From NCBI GenBank assembly GCA_046153645.1, contig JBJXGI010000027.1, positions 1-18,381 on the forward strand: a DNA stretch of 18,381 nt, given 5' to 3'. The notes under the pieces were generated by a model. That model saw only the letters and a program-made list of their open reading frames with translations. It was not told the origin of the DNA and searched no databases. Position numbers and translations under genes: made by a program. This document shows, piece by piece, positions 10,119 through 18,353 of the stretch (positions are counted from its first letter, which is position 1; every line of letters starts with the position of its first letter). Origin of the DNA: Elusimicrobiota bacterium. Lineage in GTDB: Bacteria > Elusimicrobiota > Elusimicrobia > F11.

Positions 10119-11332
10119 TTCTTTCTTCCTTTTTTGATCAGTGCTCGAATTTCTCCCACTAAATATAAAGAGCCGGTTACTAAAACAGGCAAATTATCAT
10201 TTACTGATTTAATATAGTTCCATCCATCAACGGGACTTTTATATATCCGCGGAGAAACCCACCCTAGTTTAGAAAGATTTTCAGCTGATTCGGTGCGATC
10301 TGAAGAAACTGGAACCAAAATTGTTTCAGAAGCAAACTTTTTTATCATCTTATTCATAGAAAATAAATCTTTATCTCTTAAGCCCCCTATGAATAAGCGT
10401 ACTTTATTTATTTTTTGATCTCGCAAGGTCTGAGCTAAAACCTTCATCGCCGCTGGATTATGAGCCCCATCAAGAATAACTTTTTGAACCTTGTTTTTGT
10501 TTGGAATATAAAAAATTTCAAATCGGCCCGGCCAAAAAACAGATTTAATAGCACTACGAACAATTGGGATAGGAAGTTTGAACCCCAATCGATTAAGTTC
10601 TTTCGCAGACTCAACAACAAGAGCGGCATTAAGACGTTGATGTTCCCCCTTCAATCCCAGTTGAGATGATTTTAAATAGTCTTTTTTATTAGGCACAACG
10701 ACTTTTGATTTTTTTTTCTCGGCCTGATGTCGAATAACGCTCAAAGCCTCACCAACAGCACCTGTTACTACGGGCACTGAATTTTGAATAATACCCGCTT
10801 TTTCAAAAGCAATCTTAGAAATTGTTTCTCCCAAATACTCCATATGATCAAAAGCAATATTTGTAATAACACTGAGAATTTTATTCCCTAAAATATTGGT
10901 GGCATCTAACCGGCCCCCAAGCCCCGCTTCAACAATAGCAACGTCAACTTTCTCTCGATTAAACCATTCGAAAGAAATCAACGTTAAAAATTCAAATTGA
11001 GTTAACTGAAGAGGAAATATTTTTTTTCTAATAAAAGAAGTGATTTGGTTGAGTTTTTGGTCAGATATAGTTCGTCCGTTTATTTGAAACCTTTCATTTA
11101 TTTTTTCCAAGTGAGGAGAAGTATACATTCCTACTTTATAACCGGACTTTTGAAAAACATGCGCTAACATAGCGGTCACAGAACCTTTTCCATTGGTTCC
11201 CGCAATATGAACAGCGGGGAATTTGTTTTGAGGATTATTGAGTGTGTTCGTAGCAGAAATCATTCGCTCTAAACCAAACTTCATTCCGCTACTGGTTAAA
11301 GAGTGTAGATAGGAAATAGAGCTTAAGCTCAC
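10115..11332 (-). CDS. folC: Bifunctional folylpolyglutamate synthase/dihydrofolate synthase
   Basis: HIAGTNGKGS, YTSPHL..INER, EAGLGGRLDATN, FEKAGI, WPGRFE, LDGAHNP, TGSLYLVG. Follows accD, as in the common trpA-accD-folC order. Confidence 0.96.
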   Translation of the reverse strand: MSLSSISYLHSLTSSGMKFGLERMISATNTLNNPQNKFPAVHIAGTNGKGSVTAMLAHVFQKSGYKVGMYTSPHLEKINERFQINGRTISDQKLNQITSFIRKKIFPLQLTQFEFLTLISFEWFNREKVDVAIVEAGLGGRLDATNILGNKILSVITNIAFDHMEYLGETISKIAFEKAGIIQNSVPVVTGAVGEALSVIRHQAEKKKSKVVVPNKKDYLKSSQLGLKGEHQRLNAALVVESAKELNRLGFKLPIPIVRSAIKSVFWPGRFEIFYIPNKNKVQKVILDGAHNPAAMKVLAQTLRDQKINKVRLFIGGLRDKDLFSMNKMIKKFASETILVPVSSDRTESAENLSKLGWVSPRIYKSPVDGWNYIKSVNDNLPVLVTGSLYLVGEIRALIKKGRKK

Positions 11333-12162
11333 GCTCGACGAATGGCTTTTTGGAGGATGGAAAGGGTTCGGTAAAGTTCTTTTTTGAGTTCTGCTCTTGG
11401 AATAATTCTATCAATCATTCCGTGCTTAAGCAGAAACTCTGATCGTTGAAAACCTTCAGGCAAAGTTTGATGAATGGTTTGTTCAATAACACGAGGGCCA
11501 GCAAAACCAATGAGAGCGCCGGGTTCTGCGAAATTCAAATCTCCCAACATGGCATAACTGGCGGTCACCCCTCCCGTGGTGGGATCGGTTAAAATAGAAA
11601 TATAGGGAACCGATTTTTCTTTCAATCTGGCTAAAACAGCACTCACTTTAGCCATTTGCATGAGAGATAAAATACCCTCATGCATTCGCGCGCCACCAGA
11701 AGTTGAAACAATAATATAAGGGATTCTTTCTTCCAATGCCTTTTCACCAGCGCGGGCCAATCGCTCGCCAACCACACTTCCCATACTTCCACCCATAAAA
11801 CTAAAATCCATAACGCCCAAAACAACTTCCAGGCCATTTATTTTCCCTTTCCCTGTCCAAATAGCGTCATTCATTCCTGTTTTCTTTTGGCTGGCGGCAA
11901 TCTTATCTTTATAGACTTTTCCATCCAGGAATTCGAGCGGATCAGAAGAAACCATTGTTGGGTCCATTTCAGTAAAAGTCCCTTCATCTAATAAAAGAGT
12001 CACCCGTTCTATCGCTTTTAATGGGAAACAATATTGGCACTTCGGACAGACTTTATTATTGGTTAGGAGTTCTTTGTTATAAACAATTTGGTCGCACTTA
12101 GGGCATTTAACCCAAAGGCCTTCTGGAATACGATCACCGGGAGCTTTTTTTTAAAGAGCCAC
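11329..12162 (-). CDS. accD: Acetyl-CoA carboxylase carboxyltransferase beta subunit; as sequenced, interrupted by an in-frame TAA at codon 4 (12151-12153)
   Basis: The ORF-track part has MDFSFMGGSMGSVVGE, SGGARMHEG, DPTTGGVTAS, IGFAGPRVIEQTI and PEGFQRSEFL. The same frame upstream of 12003 reads [38 protein letters not shown] (C4 zinc finger). An in-frame GTG at 12162 has a TAAGGAG SD 7 nt upstream but is followed by GCT CTT TAA. Confidence 0.9.
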
Positions 12163-12982
12163 GTTTACACTCCTTAGACAAACCACTCACAAATTCTTTA
12201 AGCCGCACGTTTCTATTTTGAGGTTTGTTCTTCCTAATAATATCAATCAAAGCTGAGCCAACAATAAAACCATCGGCACTGGATTTTAAGAATTTTATAT
12301 GTTCTGGGGTCGAAATACCAAATCCAACACATAAAGGTTTATTAAAGTTTTTCTTAAGGCTCGCAATCCAATCTTTCGTTTTACTTGAGATATTCTTACG
12401 AGCTCCTGTCACACCCGCTACCGAAACAGCATACAGGAACCCACTTGTTTTCTTTTTAATATCGAGAGATCTCTTGAGTGGTGTTGTTGGAGCAATCAAA
12501 TGAATTAAATGAATATTATATTTTGACAAGATGGTTCTTAAACTCGCTGCTTCTTCCGGAATAACATCAGGAACAATGAGGCCGCACACCCCAATAGAAG
12601 CAGCATCCTTAGCAAATTTTTCCAAACCATAAGCAAGAAGAGGGTTTAAATATCCCATAAAAACAATAGGCATATGAATCTCTTTAAATGATTTAACCCA
12701 AGCAATAATTTTCTTAAGCGTTGTGCCCTTATTAAGAGATTCTTGTGAGGCATATTGAATGGTTGGGCCATCAGCAATAGGGTCTGAAAAAGGAATTCCC
12801 AACTCTAATATATCAACGCCGGACACTTGAAGTGTTTTAATGAGCGTTCTCTCTTCTTGAAACTGTGGGTAACCCGCCGCTAAATAAGCAATTAAAGCCT
12901 TTTGTTTTTTTGCCTTCAGATCTATAAAAACTTGGTCCAACTTATTATAAACAGTCACGGAAGTTTTTGAAAATTTATCCAT
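12134..12982 (-). CDS. trpA: Tryptophan synthase alpha chain
   Basis: [63 protein letters not shown] at 12982 (overlaps the trpB stop, GGTGGA upstream) is preferred over 12997. Confidence 0.96.
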   Translation of the reverse strand: MDKFSKTSVTVYNKLDQVFIDLKAKKQKALIAYLAAGYPQFQEERTLIKTLQVSGVDILELGIPFSDPIADGPTIQYASQESLNKGTTLKKIIAWVKSFKEIHMPIVFMGYLNPLLAYGLEKFAKDAASIGVCGLIVPDVIPEEAASLRTILSKYNIHLIHLIAPTTPLKRSLDIKKKTSGFLYAVSVAGVTGARKNISSKTKDWIASLKKNFNKPLCVGFGISTPEHIKFLKSSADGFIVGSALIDIIRKNKPQNRNVRLKEFVSGLSKECKRGSLKKSSR

Positions 12983-14201
12983 AGATTTTTCCACCATCTA
13001 AAACGCGGGAAACCTCGTTAACATCTTTATCTCCGCGACCAGACAATCCCACCACCACCACATCTGATTTTTTAAACTTTTTCGCATGCCTAACCAAGTA
13101 ACCAATCGCATGGGCTGATTCAAGGGCGGGAATGATGCCTTCTGTTTGACTTAAAATCTTAAATCCCTTAAGAGCGTCCTCATCTGTTGCAGACTCGTAA
13201 CTGGCTCTTTTACTCCAATGATAAAAAGCATGCTCAGGCCCTACACCCGGATAATCAAGCCCTGCTGAAATGGAATGGGCATGGGCGATCTGGCCATCTA
13301 AATCTTGAAGAACATAGGTTTTAGCTCCGTGAAAAACGCCGATCTTCCCCCCTGACAATGTCGCAGCATGACGGCGGGTAAAAACCCCTTCTCCGGCAGC
13401 CTCAACTCCAATCATTTTAACTTGTTTGTCATGATAGAATGGCGCGAATAAACCGATCGCGTTTGAACCACCACCAACACAAGCCACAACCGCAGTCGGC
13501 AGTTTTCCTAACATAGAGACCATCTGGCGTTTAACTTCTTCTCCAATGACTGATTGAAAATGACGTACAATTTTCGGATAAGGATGTGGACCCACCGCGG
13601 ACCCAATACAATAAAAGGTTGTCTCAACATTCGTTACCCAGTCGCGCATCGCTTCATTAATAGCGTCTTTTAATGTTTTACTTCCTGAAGAAACAGGGTT
13701 AACTTTTGCCCCTAAAAGCTTCATTCTGAACATATTTAATGATTGCCGGCGAACATCTTCTTCTCCCATATAAACTTCACATTGAAGACCCAAAAGCGCT
13801 GCGGTAGAAGCCGTCGCAACACCATGTTGACCCGCCCCTGTTTCAGCAATAATACGATGTTTCCCCAAATGGCGTGCCAACAGGCATTGGCCTAAAGTAT
13901 TATTGATTTTATGGGCCCCAGTATGAACCAAATCTTCTCTTTTAAGGAAAATGCGGGGACCATTGATAAATTTTGAAAGTTGCTTGGCTTCCATAAGAGG
14001 TGTGGGGCGACCTGCAAAATTCTCTAAATAGTATCTCAGTTCTTTTCTAAATGACTGACTATTAATTATTTTATTAAATCCATTTTCAATCTCTTCACAT
14101 GGAGAAAATAATGTCTCCGGAATAAACCTTCCACCAAAAGGGCCAAAATATCCGTTTTGATCAGGAAGCTCTTTTATCGTTGAATTAATTTTATTTCGCA
14201 T
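12975..14201 (-). CDS. trpB: Tryptophan synthase beta chain
   Basis: [29 protein letters not shown] (PLP lysine), [48 protein letters not shown]. Confidence 0.98.
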   Translation of the reverse strand: MRNKINSTIKELPDQNGYFGPFGGRFIPETLFSPCEEIENGFNKIINSQSFRKELRYYLENFAGRPTPLMEAKQLSKFINGPRIFLKREDLVHTGAHKINNTLGQCLLARHLGKHRIIAETGAGQHGVATASTAALLGLQCEVYMGEEDVRRQSLNMFRMKLLGAKVNPVSSGSKTLKDAINEAMRDWVTNVETTFYCIGSAVGPHPYPKIVRHFQSVIGEEVKRQMVSMLGKLPTAVVACVGGGSNAIGLFAPFYHDKQVKMIGVEAAGEGVFTRRHAATLSGGKIGVFHGAKTYVLQDLDGQIAHAHSISAGLDYPGVGPEHAFYHWSKRASYESATDEDALKGFKILSQTEGIIPALESAHAIGYLVRHAKKFKKSDVVVVGLSGRGDKDVNEVSRVLDGGKIYG

Positions 14202-14829
14202 TTCTTATAAACTCTTTTACCTTATCAATATCTTTATGACGAAGCTTAGCCTCCACTCCACTTGAAACGTCAGCTGCATAAGGATCAATTTTTTTCTTCA
14301 CTTCTTTTACGTTATCTGGAGTTAAACCACCAGCAAGAAAAAAGGGCTTCCCTAAATCTTTGACCTGAAGAGCCAAATTCCAGTCAAAAACTTTTCCAGT
14401 TCCACCCATTTGATTTGCATCGAAAGTGTCCAAAAGAAAAAAATCGACAGAATTGGAATACTCACCTAATAAACTAAAAATACTCTCATCTTTAACTCTA
14501 AAAGCTTTTATAATGAATGTTTTTAAATTATTATCTAAAAACATTTTCTTTAATTCTTCAACAAAATTAGCCGACTCACTGCCATGCAGTTGAATACCCT
14601 GAAGCTTTAATACTTGAACAACTTTTAAGATATTTTTTGACTCTTCATCAACAAAGATTCCGACTTTTTGAGCAAAGGGCGGTAATTCATGAATCCACTT
14701 ATTCACCGTACCTACACTTATGTATCGAGGGCTTTCTTTCCAGAAATTAAAACCAAGGTAATCAGCGCCGAAATTAGCCGACCAAAGCGCGTCCTCTTTG
14801 TTTGTTAAACCACAAATTTTTACTTTCAT
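14191..14829 (-). CDS. trpF: Phosphoribosylanthranilate isomerase
   Basis: [23 protein letters not shown]...[26 protein letters not shown]. Confidence 0.96.
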   Translation of the reverse strand: MKVKICGLTNKEDALWSANFGADYLGFNFWKESPRYISVGTVNKWIHELPPFAQKVGIFVDEESKNILKVVQVLKLQGIQLHGSESANFVEELKKMFLDNNLKTFIIKAFRVKDESIFSLLGEYSNSVDFFLLDTFDANQMGGTGKVFDWNLALQVKDLGKPFFLAGGLTPDNVKEVKKKIDPYAADVSSGVEAKLRHKDIDKVKEFIRNAK

Positions 14830-15614
14830 GCCCCCGCCTGAACCAAGGTTGACACAGCCAAAGCCAAATTTTCCTGCCTTAAAATAGACTCGCCCACAAG
14901 CATGGCCGCAACATTCAATCCTTTCATTTTTGCCACATCTTCAGCCGTCTTAATGCCTGACTCAGCCACAATGAGCCGATCTTTTGGGATTAAAGGAGCC
15001 AATTTTTCAACATTTTCCGGAAGCATTGCCAACGTTCTTAAATTTCGAGTATTAATTCCAATGATCTGTGCTCCTGAATCAACCGCAGATTTAAGCGCAG
15101 CCTCTGTAAAAATCTCAACCAAAGGGTAAATATTATAGAGCCTACAACAATCAACCAATTCTTTAAGAAGTACTGGCTCTAAAGCATCCGCAATTAACAA
15201 TACCGCAGAAGCCCCATGCACCTTCGCCTCAATCACCTGATAAACATCAAAAATAAAATCTTTTCTTAATATAGGAAGCTCAGAAGCGGTTTTAACCAAC
15301 AACATATCTTCTAAAGAACCACCAAAACGCGCGTTTTCCGTCAAAACAGAGATCGCGTGCGCCCCCCCTTTTTGATAATCACGCGCAATTTGACCGGCAT
15401 CAAATGGATCACGAATAACACCAGCAGACGGACTGCGCCTTTTCATTTCAGCTATTAATGTAATTTGCCCAGGCTTATTTATTCCTTCTAAGAAACTATC
15501 TCGGAGAGAAACCTTACTAATATAATACTCAAGATCTTTGATTTTGATTCTTTGTTTCGTGTTTTCTAATTCTGCTTTTCGTGTAGCAAGAATATTTTCC
15601 AGAAAATCAACCAT
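14826..15614 (-). CDS. trpC: Indole-3-glycerol phosphate synthase
   Basis: IAEMKRRSPSAG, ISVLTE, LPILRKDFI, AVLLI, IGINTRNL, VAESGI, LVGESI. Confidence 0.96.
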   Translation of the reverse strand: MVDFLENILATRKAELENTKQRIKIKDLEYYISKVSLRDSFLEGINKPGQITLIAEMKRRSPSAGVIRDPFDAGQIARDYQKGGAHAISVLTENARFGGSLEDMLLVKTASELPILRKDFIFDVYQVIEAKVHGASAVLLIADALEPVLLKELVDCCRLYNIYPLVEIFTEAALKSAVDSGAQIIGINTRNLRTLAMLPENVEKLAPLIPKDRLIVAESGIKTAEDVAKMKGLNVAAMLVGESILRQENLALAVSTLVQAGA

Positions 15615-15616
15615 TG

Positions 15617-16645
15617 TTACTCCAAATTATGAGAAATTTCAGCCAATAACTTGAATTTCTCTAGTGCTTTCCCAGTATCAATAGCTTGATTGGCTTGAAT
15701 AACGGCTTCTTTAAGAGTGAGGGTGCCTTTTTTATACCCTTTGTCAGCAATAAATAACAGCGCAGCTGCGTTAGCAACAACAACAGAACGAGCCGGAGTT
15801 TCTTTTCCAGAAAGTAATTCTAGAATGAAATCAGCGCTTTTTCGAGCATCTCCACCAATAAGATGTTTTGAAGAAATTTTCGGCAAACCAAAATCTCGAT
15901 GCGTCCAAGTAAAGGTTTTTACTTTTCCTTTTACCATCTGAGAAATAATGGTTTTCCCTTCAAGAGTAATTTCATCCCATCCATTGGAATGAACAACAAG
16001 TCCAGCCCTGTGCCCCATTTCTGCCATCACAGAAGCCATTACTTTGGTCAAACGAGGATCATAAACACCAATCATTTGAACTCGCACTCTAGCAGGATTT
16101 GTTAAAGGACCCAAAATGTTAAACACAGTTCTAATTCCCAGTTCTTTCCGAGAAGGCATTGCGTGCTTCATGGCCGGATGAAAAAGCGGCGCAAACATAA
16201 AACCCATGCCCGCTTGATCAATTTCCTGCTCAATGACAGCGGGGGGTGGATCAATTCTAACCCCCATCATCTCTAAAACATCCCCACTACCTGAATGAGA
16301 AGAAACAGCCCGATTTCCGTGTTTTGCCACAATAAGTCCAGCCCCTGCCGCCACAAAAGAAACCGCTGTAGAAAGATTAAGCCCCCCTTTCCCATCTCCG
16401 CCCGTTCCACAACAATCTACCAATTGATCAGAGTGAAGATGCAACGACTGAGCGGCATCACGCATTGCCAAAGCAAACCCAGCAATTTCTTTAACTGTTT
16501 CCCCTTTATTTCGCAGCGCCACCAAAAAACCCGCAATTTGAGAGGGAGTTGCCTGTCCTTGCATAATTTCCTGCATAACGTCATAGGCTTCCTGACGAGT
16601 TAAATCTTTTTTATCAATGAGTTTGGTGATGATTTCTTTGATCAT
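15617..16645 (-). CDS. trpD: Anthranilate phosphoribosyltransferase
   Basis: DCCGTGGDG, NLST, AKHGNRAVSS.SGS.DVLE, APLFHPAMK, RTVFNILGPLTNP. Likely start is ATG at 16645 (MIKEIITKL, ATGA overlap with the ATPase stop) rather than 16687. Confidence 0.96.
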   Translation of the reverse strand: MIKEIITKLIDKKDLTRQEAYDVMQEIMQGQATPSQIAGFLVALRNKGETVKEIAGFALAMRDAAQSLHLHSDQLVDCCGTGGDGKGGLNLSTAVSFVAAGAGLIVAKHGNRAVSSHSGSGDVLEMMGVRIDPPPAVIEQEIDQAGMGFMFAPLFHPAMKHAMPSRKELGIRTVFNILGPLTNPARVRVQMIGVYDPRLTKVMASVMAEMGHRAGLVVHSNGWDEITLEGKTIISQMVKGKVKTFTWTHRDFGLPKISSKHLIGGDARKSADFILELLSGKETPARSVVVANAAALLFIADKGYKKGTLTLKEAVIQANQAIDTGKALEKFKLLAEISHNLE

Positions 16646-17805
16646 ATCTTCGTTTCCATCGTAAAGCGTTGAATAAACTGATCCCATTTTACCGCAGAAA
16701 TTCCATCAATCAATCTTTCTCTCTCTAATGTTGAAAGAACGTAACAAGGAACATCAGGATATAAAGCAGAAAAAGCTTTTAACCCTTGAATATCAATAGA
16801 GGAGACGGAGGCACTCGATTTAACTTCCAAGGCAGCTATCATTTTTGCCCCTTGAGCTAATATCAAATCGACTTCAAAACCAGAATGTGTTTTCCAATAA
16901 TACATTTGTATATCTTTCCTGGAATATTCCAACTGCGCTTTTAATTGCAATATAACAAACTGTTCAAAACGTCGTCCACGAACAACTGAGTTTAACTCCC
17001 CTCCAAGCTGATGCGATAAAGCATTTGTGATCCCCGGATCAAACAAATAAAAACGCGGGTGGGAAACCATTCTATGTCGGACACTTTTCGTCCAGGCTGG
17101 GAGTCGAAATCCTAAAAAAGTATCTTCTAACAACTGGTAATACTGCTGCACTGTTTTAATAGAAATACCACATTCTCTGGAAATGGCACTAAAGTTCACA
17201 ATTTCACTATCTTGAGCTGCCACCAAATCTAAAAAAGAAGAAAAAACTCCAATATCTTTTACCAATCCTTCTTCTCTAATTTCTTCTTTTAAATAAGTAT
17301 TCGCATACGATCTCAGAAACTCTGAGGCATCTTCGCTGGGATTATTCCAAATTGTCGGAAGAGTCCCTAACCGTAAGGCCCGGTCTAAGTTAAAAGCCAG
17401 GCCTAACTCTGAAAACATTAAAGGAAATAAATGATAGGTATAAGCGCGTCCTGCTAATAAATTAGAAGCCCCTCTCTTTAATTTCCTCGTACTGGACCCT
17501 GTTAAAATAAATCGTATTTTGTGAGATTCAATGAGAGAGTGAACCTCATCCAATAAAGAAGGTAACTTTTGGATCTCATCAACAACACAAATCGATGATG
17601 GGTGCTTTTGATGCTGAGACAGAACTTCGTCTCGAAACCTTCCCGGGTGTTTTGCATAGGATAGGTAAATTCTTTCTGGCAAAAGGTCGAAATAAAGGTC
17701 ATGTGGCTTCAGAAATGCTTTAACTAAAGTACTTTTTCCTGTTTGGCGCGGCCCAAACAGGAAGAAACTATTTGATAATGATGGATTTAAGAATCTTTCA
17801 AACAT
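16642..17805 (-). CDS. AAA+ ATPase of AAA_14/DUF4143 type with a C-terminal PD-(D/E)XK-like domain, function unknown
   Basis: Walker A GPRQTGKST, Walker B VVDEIQK, LTGSS, LAGR, a winged-HTH-like segment (NFSAISRECGISIKTVQQYYQLLEDT), YLFDPG, and C-terminal EVDLI...ALEVK; 387 aa. Confidence 0.88.
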   Translation of the reverse strand: MFERFLNPSLSNSFFLFGPRQTGKSTLVKAFLKPHDLYFDLLPERIYLSYAKHPGRFRDEVLSQHQKHPSSICVVDEIQKLPSLLDEVHSLIESHKIRFILTGSSTRKLKRGASNLLAGRAYTYHLFPLMFSELGLAFNLDRALRLGTLPTIWNNPSEDASEFLRSYANTYLKEEIREEGLVKDIGVFSSFLDLVAAQDSEIVNFSAISRECGISIKTVQQYYQLLEDTFLGFRLPAWTKSVRHRMVSHPRFYLFDPGITNALSHQLGGELNSVVRGRRFEQFVILQLKAQLEYSRKDIQMYYWKTHSGFEVDLILAQGAKMIAALEVKSSASVSSIDIQGLKAFSALYPDVPCYVLSTLERERLIDGISAVKWDQFIQRFTMETKI

Positions 17806-17806
17806 G

Positions 17807-17835
17807 ACTCCAATTATTCTATGAAAATTTGGAGT
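17807..17835. promoter_or_regulatory. Imperfect 29-bp palindrome directly upstream of the ATPase start; candidate operator overlapping a possible promoter
   Basis: ACTCCAA (17807-17813) and TTGGAGT (17829-17835) are perfect inverted arms with further inner pairing. It ends 1 nt before the ATG at 17805. Confidence 0.5.
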
Positions 17836-17853
17836 GTCTATGCTATTTTTATT

Positions 17854-18096
17854 TTAATAAGCCGATTTACGCGCATAAAGGGCAATCATATAAACTATTT
17901 TTTTCTGCAGGTTAATCTCATAAAAAATTCGCCAATCTCCCACACGGTAACGCCATGTTTCAGGGTTCCAAGTGCGCAACTTTTTTATGTTCGGGCCAAA
18001 ATGGAGTTGTTTTTTAAGTTGAGGATAAACATATTGTTTGGTTTTGACTTCTAACCACAAACGAACGCCAACACTTAATTTTTCAATGCCGCCGTC
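17854..18096 (-). pseudogene. RelE/ParE-family toxin remnant lacking its N-terminus and a canonical start
   Basis: The frame reads IEKLSVGVRLWLEVKTKQYVYPQLKKQLHFGPNIKKLRTWNPETWRYRVGDWRIFYEI...IVYMIALYARKSAY. RYRVGDWRIFY and the terminal RK.AY are RelE-like. The frame is closed upstream by TGA (18097-18099). The only early start is a TTG at 18060 with no SD. Confidence 0.72.
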
Positions 18097-18194
18097 TCAA
18101 TGAGATTTGAAATGGGGCGGTTATCCTGATCAGCAACTTTCTTAAACTTATTGTAATGACTCACAGGGATACGAAGAGTAATTGTTTTGTACAT
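18075..18194 (-). CDS. CopG/ribbon-helix-helix antitoxin-like protein, 39 aa, apparently C-terminally truncated
   Basis: Too short for the ORF track. GGAGG (18200-18204), then 5 nt, then ATG: MYKTITLRIPVSHYNKFKKVADQDNRPISNLIETAALKN*. The KTITLRI strand plus two helices (R.ISNLIE) fits RHH. It lies directly upstream of the RelE-like frame. Confidence 0.72.
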   Translation of the reverse strand: MYKTITLRIPVSHYNKFKKVADQDNRPISNLIETAALKN

Positions 18195-18222
18195 AACGAC
18201 CTCCAACAATTTAATGATATCA

Positions 18223-18251
18223 ATTGTATTCTTATGTATTCATGAATGCAA
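18223..18251 (-). promoter_or_regulatory. Sigma70-type promoter of the antitoxin gene with overlapping operator-like repeats
   Basis: On the minus strand, TTGCAT (18251-18246), a 17-nt spacer and TACAAT (18228-18223) lie 28 nt upstream of the ATG. They are overlapped by the near-palindrome TGTATTCATGAATGCA (18235-18250) and TGTATTC direct repeats (18225, 18235). Confidence 0.62.
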
Positions 18252-18263
18252 TACAAAGTCTTA

Positions 18264-18320
18264 TCCAATACAAGATGAGCCCCAAAATAAGTGTGATTCC
18301 AATGCAAGATGAGCCCCAAA
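18264..18320 (+). repeat. Two 23-bp direct repeats TCCAAT(A/G)CAAGATGAGCCCCAAA, period 34 bp
   Basis: Copies at 18264-18286 and 18298-18320 differ at one position. Confidence 0.9.
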
Positions 18321-18353
18321 TAGGGGACATTCCGTGCGTCATAATAGGAGGCT

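Noticed and set aside
11329..12003. ORF-track start of accD at GTG 12003
   Set aside because: It would omit the conserved LWVKCPKC...CPKC zinc finger encoded in frame upstream, and it has no convincing SD.
12148..12155. T TTA AAA as a canonical -1 frameshift site linking trpA to accD
   Set aside because: The heptamer is correctly phased in trpA, but accD is in the +1 (or -2) frame, so a -1 shift would not reach it.
16646..16687. N-terminal extension of TrpD (MGSVYSTLYDGNED)
   Set aside because: It overlaps the ATPase C-terminus by 46 nt. The ATG at 16645 gives a normal TrpD start with an ATGA overlap.
2249..17702. Numerous 61-112 aa ORFs nested in or antisense to the long minus-strand genes
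   Set aside because: Fully overlapped by well-supported genes, with no motifs of their own.
17821..18054. 77-aa + strand ORF
   Set aside because: Antisense to the RelE-like frame, which carries the recognisable motifs.
18089..18120. Stem-loop CCGCC...TCTC-ATT-GAGA...GGCGG inside the antitoxin gene next to the inferred deletion junction
   Set aside because: Short, asymmetric arms within coding sequence and no U-tract in the sense direction. It could be chance and cannot be supported as a terminator or recoding signal.
18264..18320. Direct repeats as a CRISPR array
   Set aside because: Only two copies with an 11-bp spacer, far too short, and no cas genes in the window.
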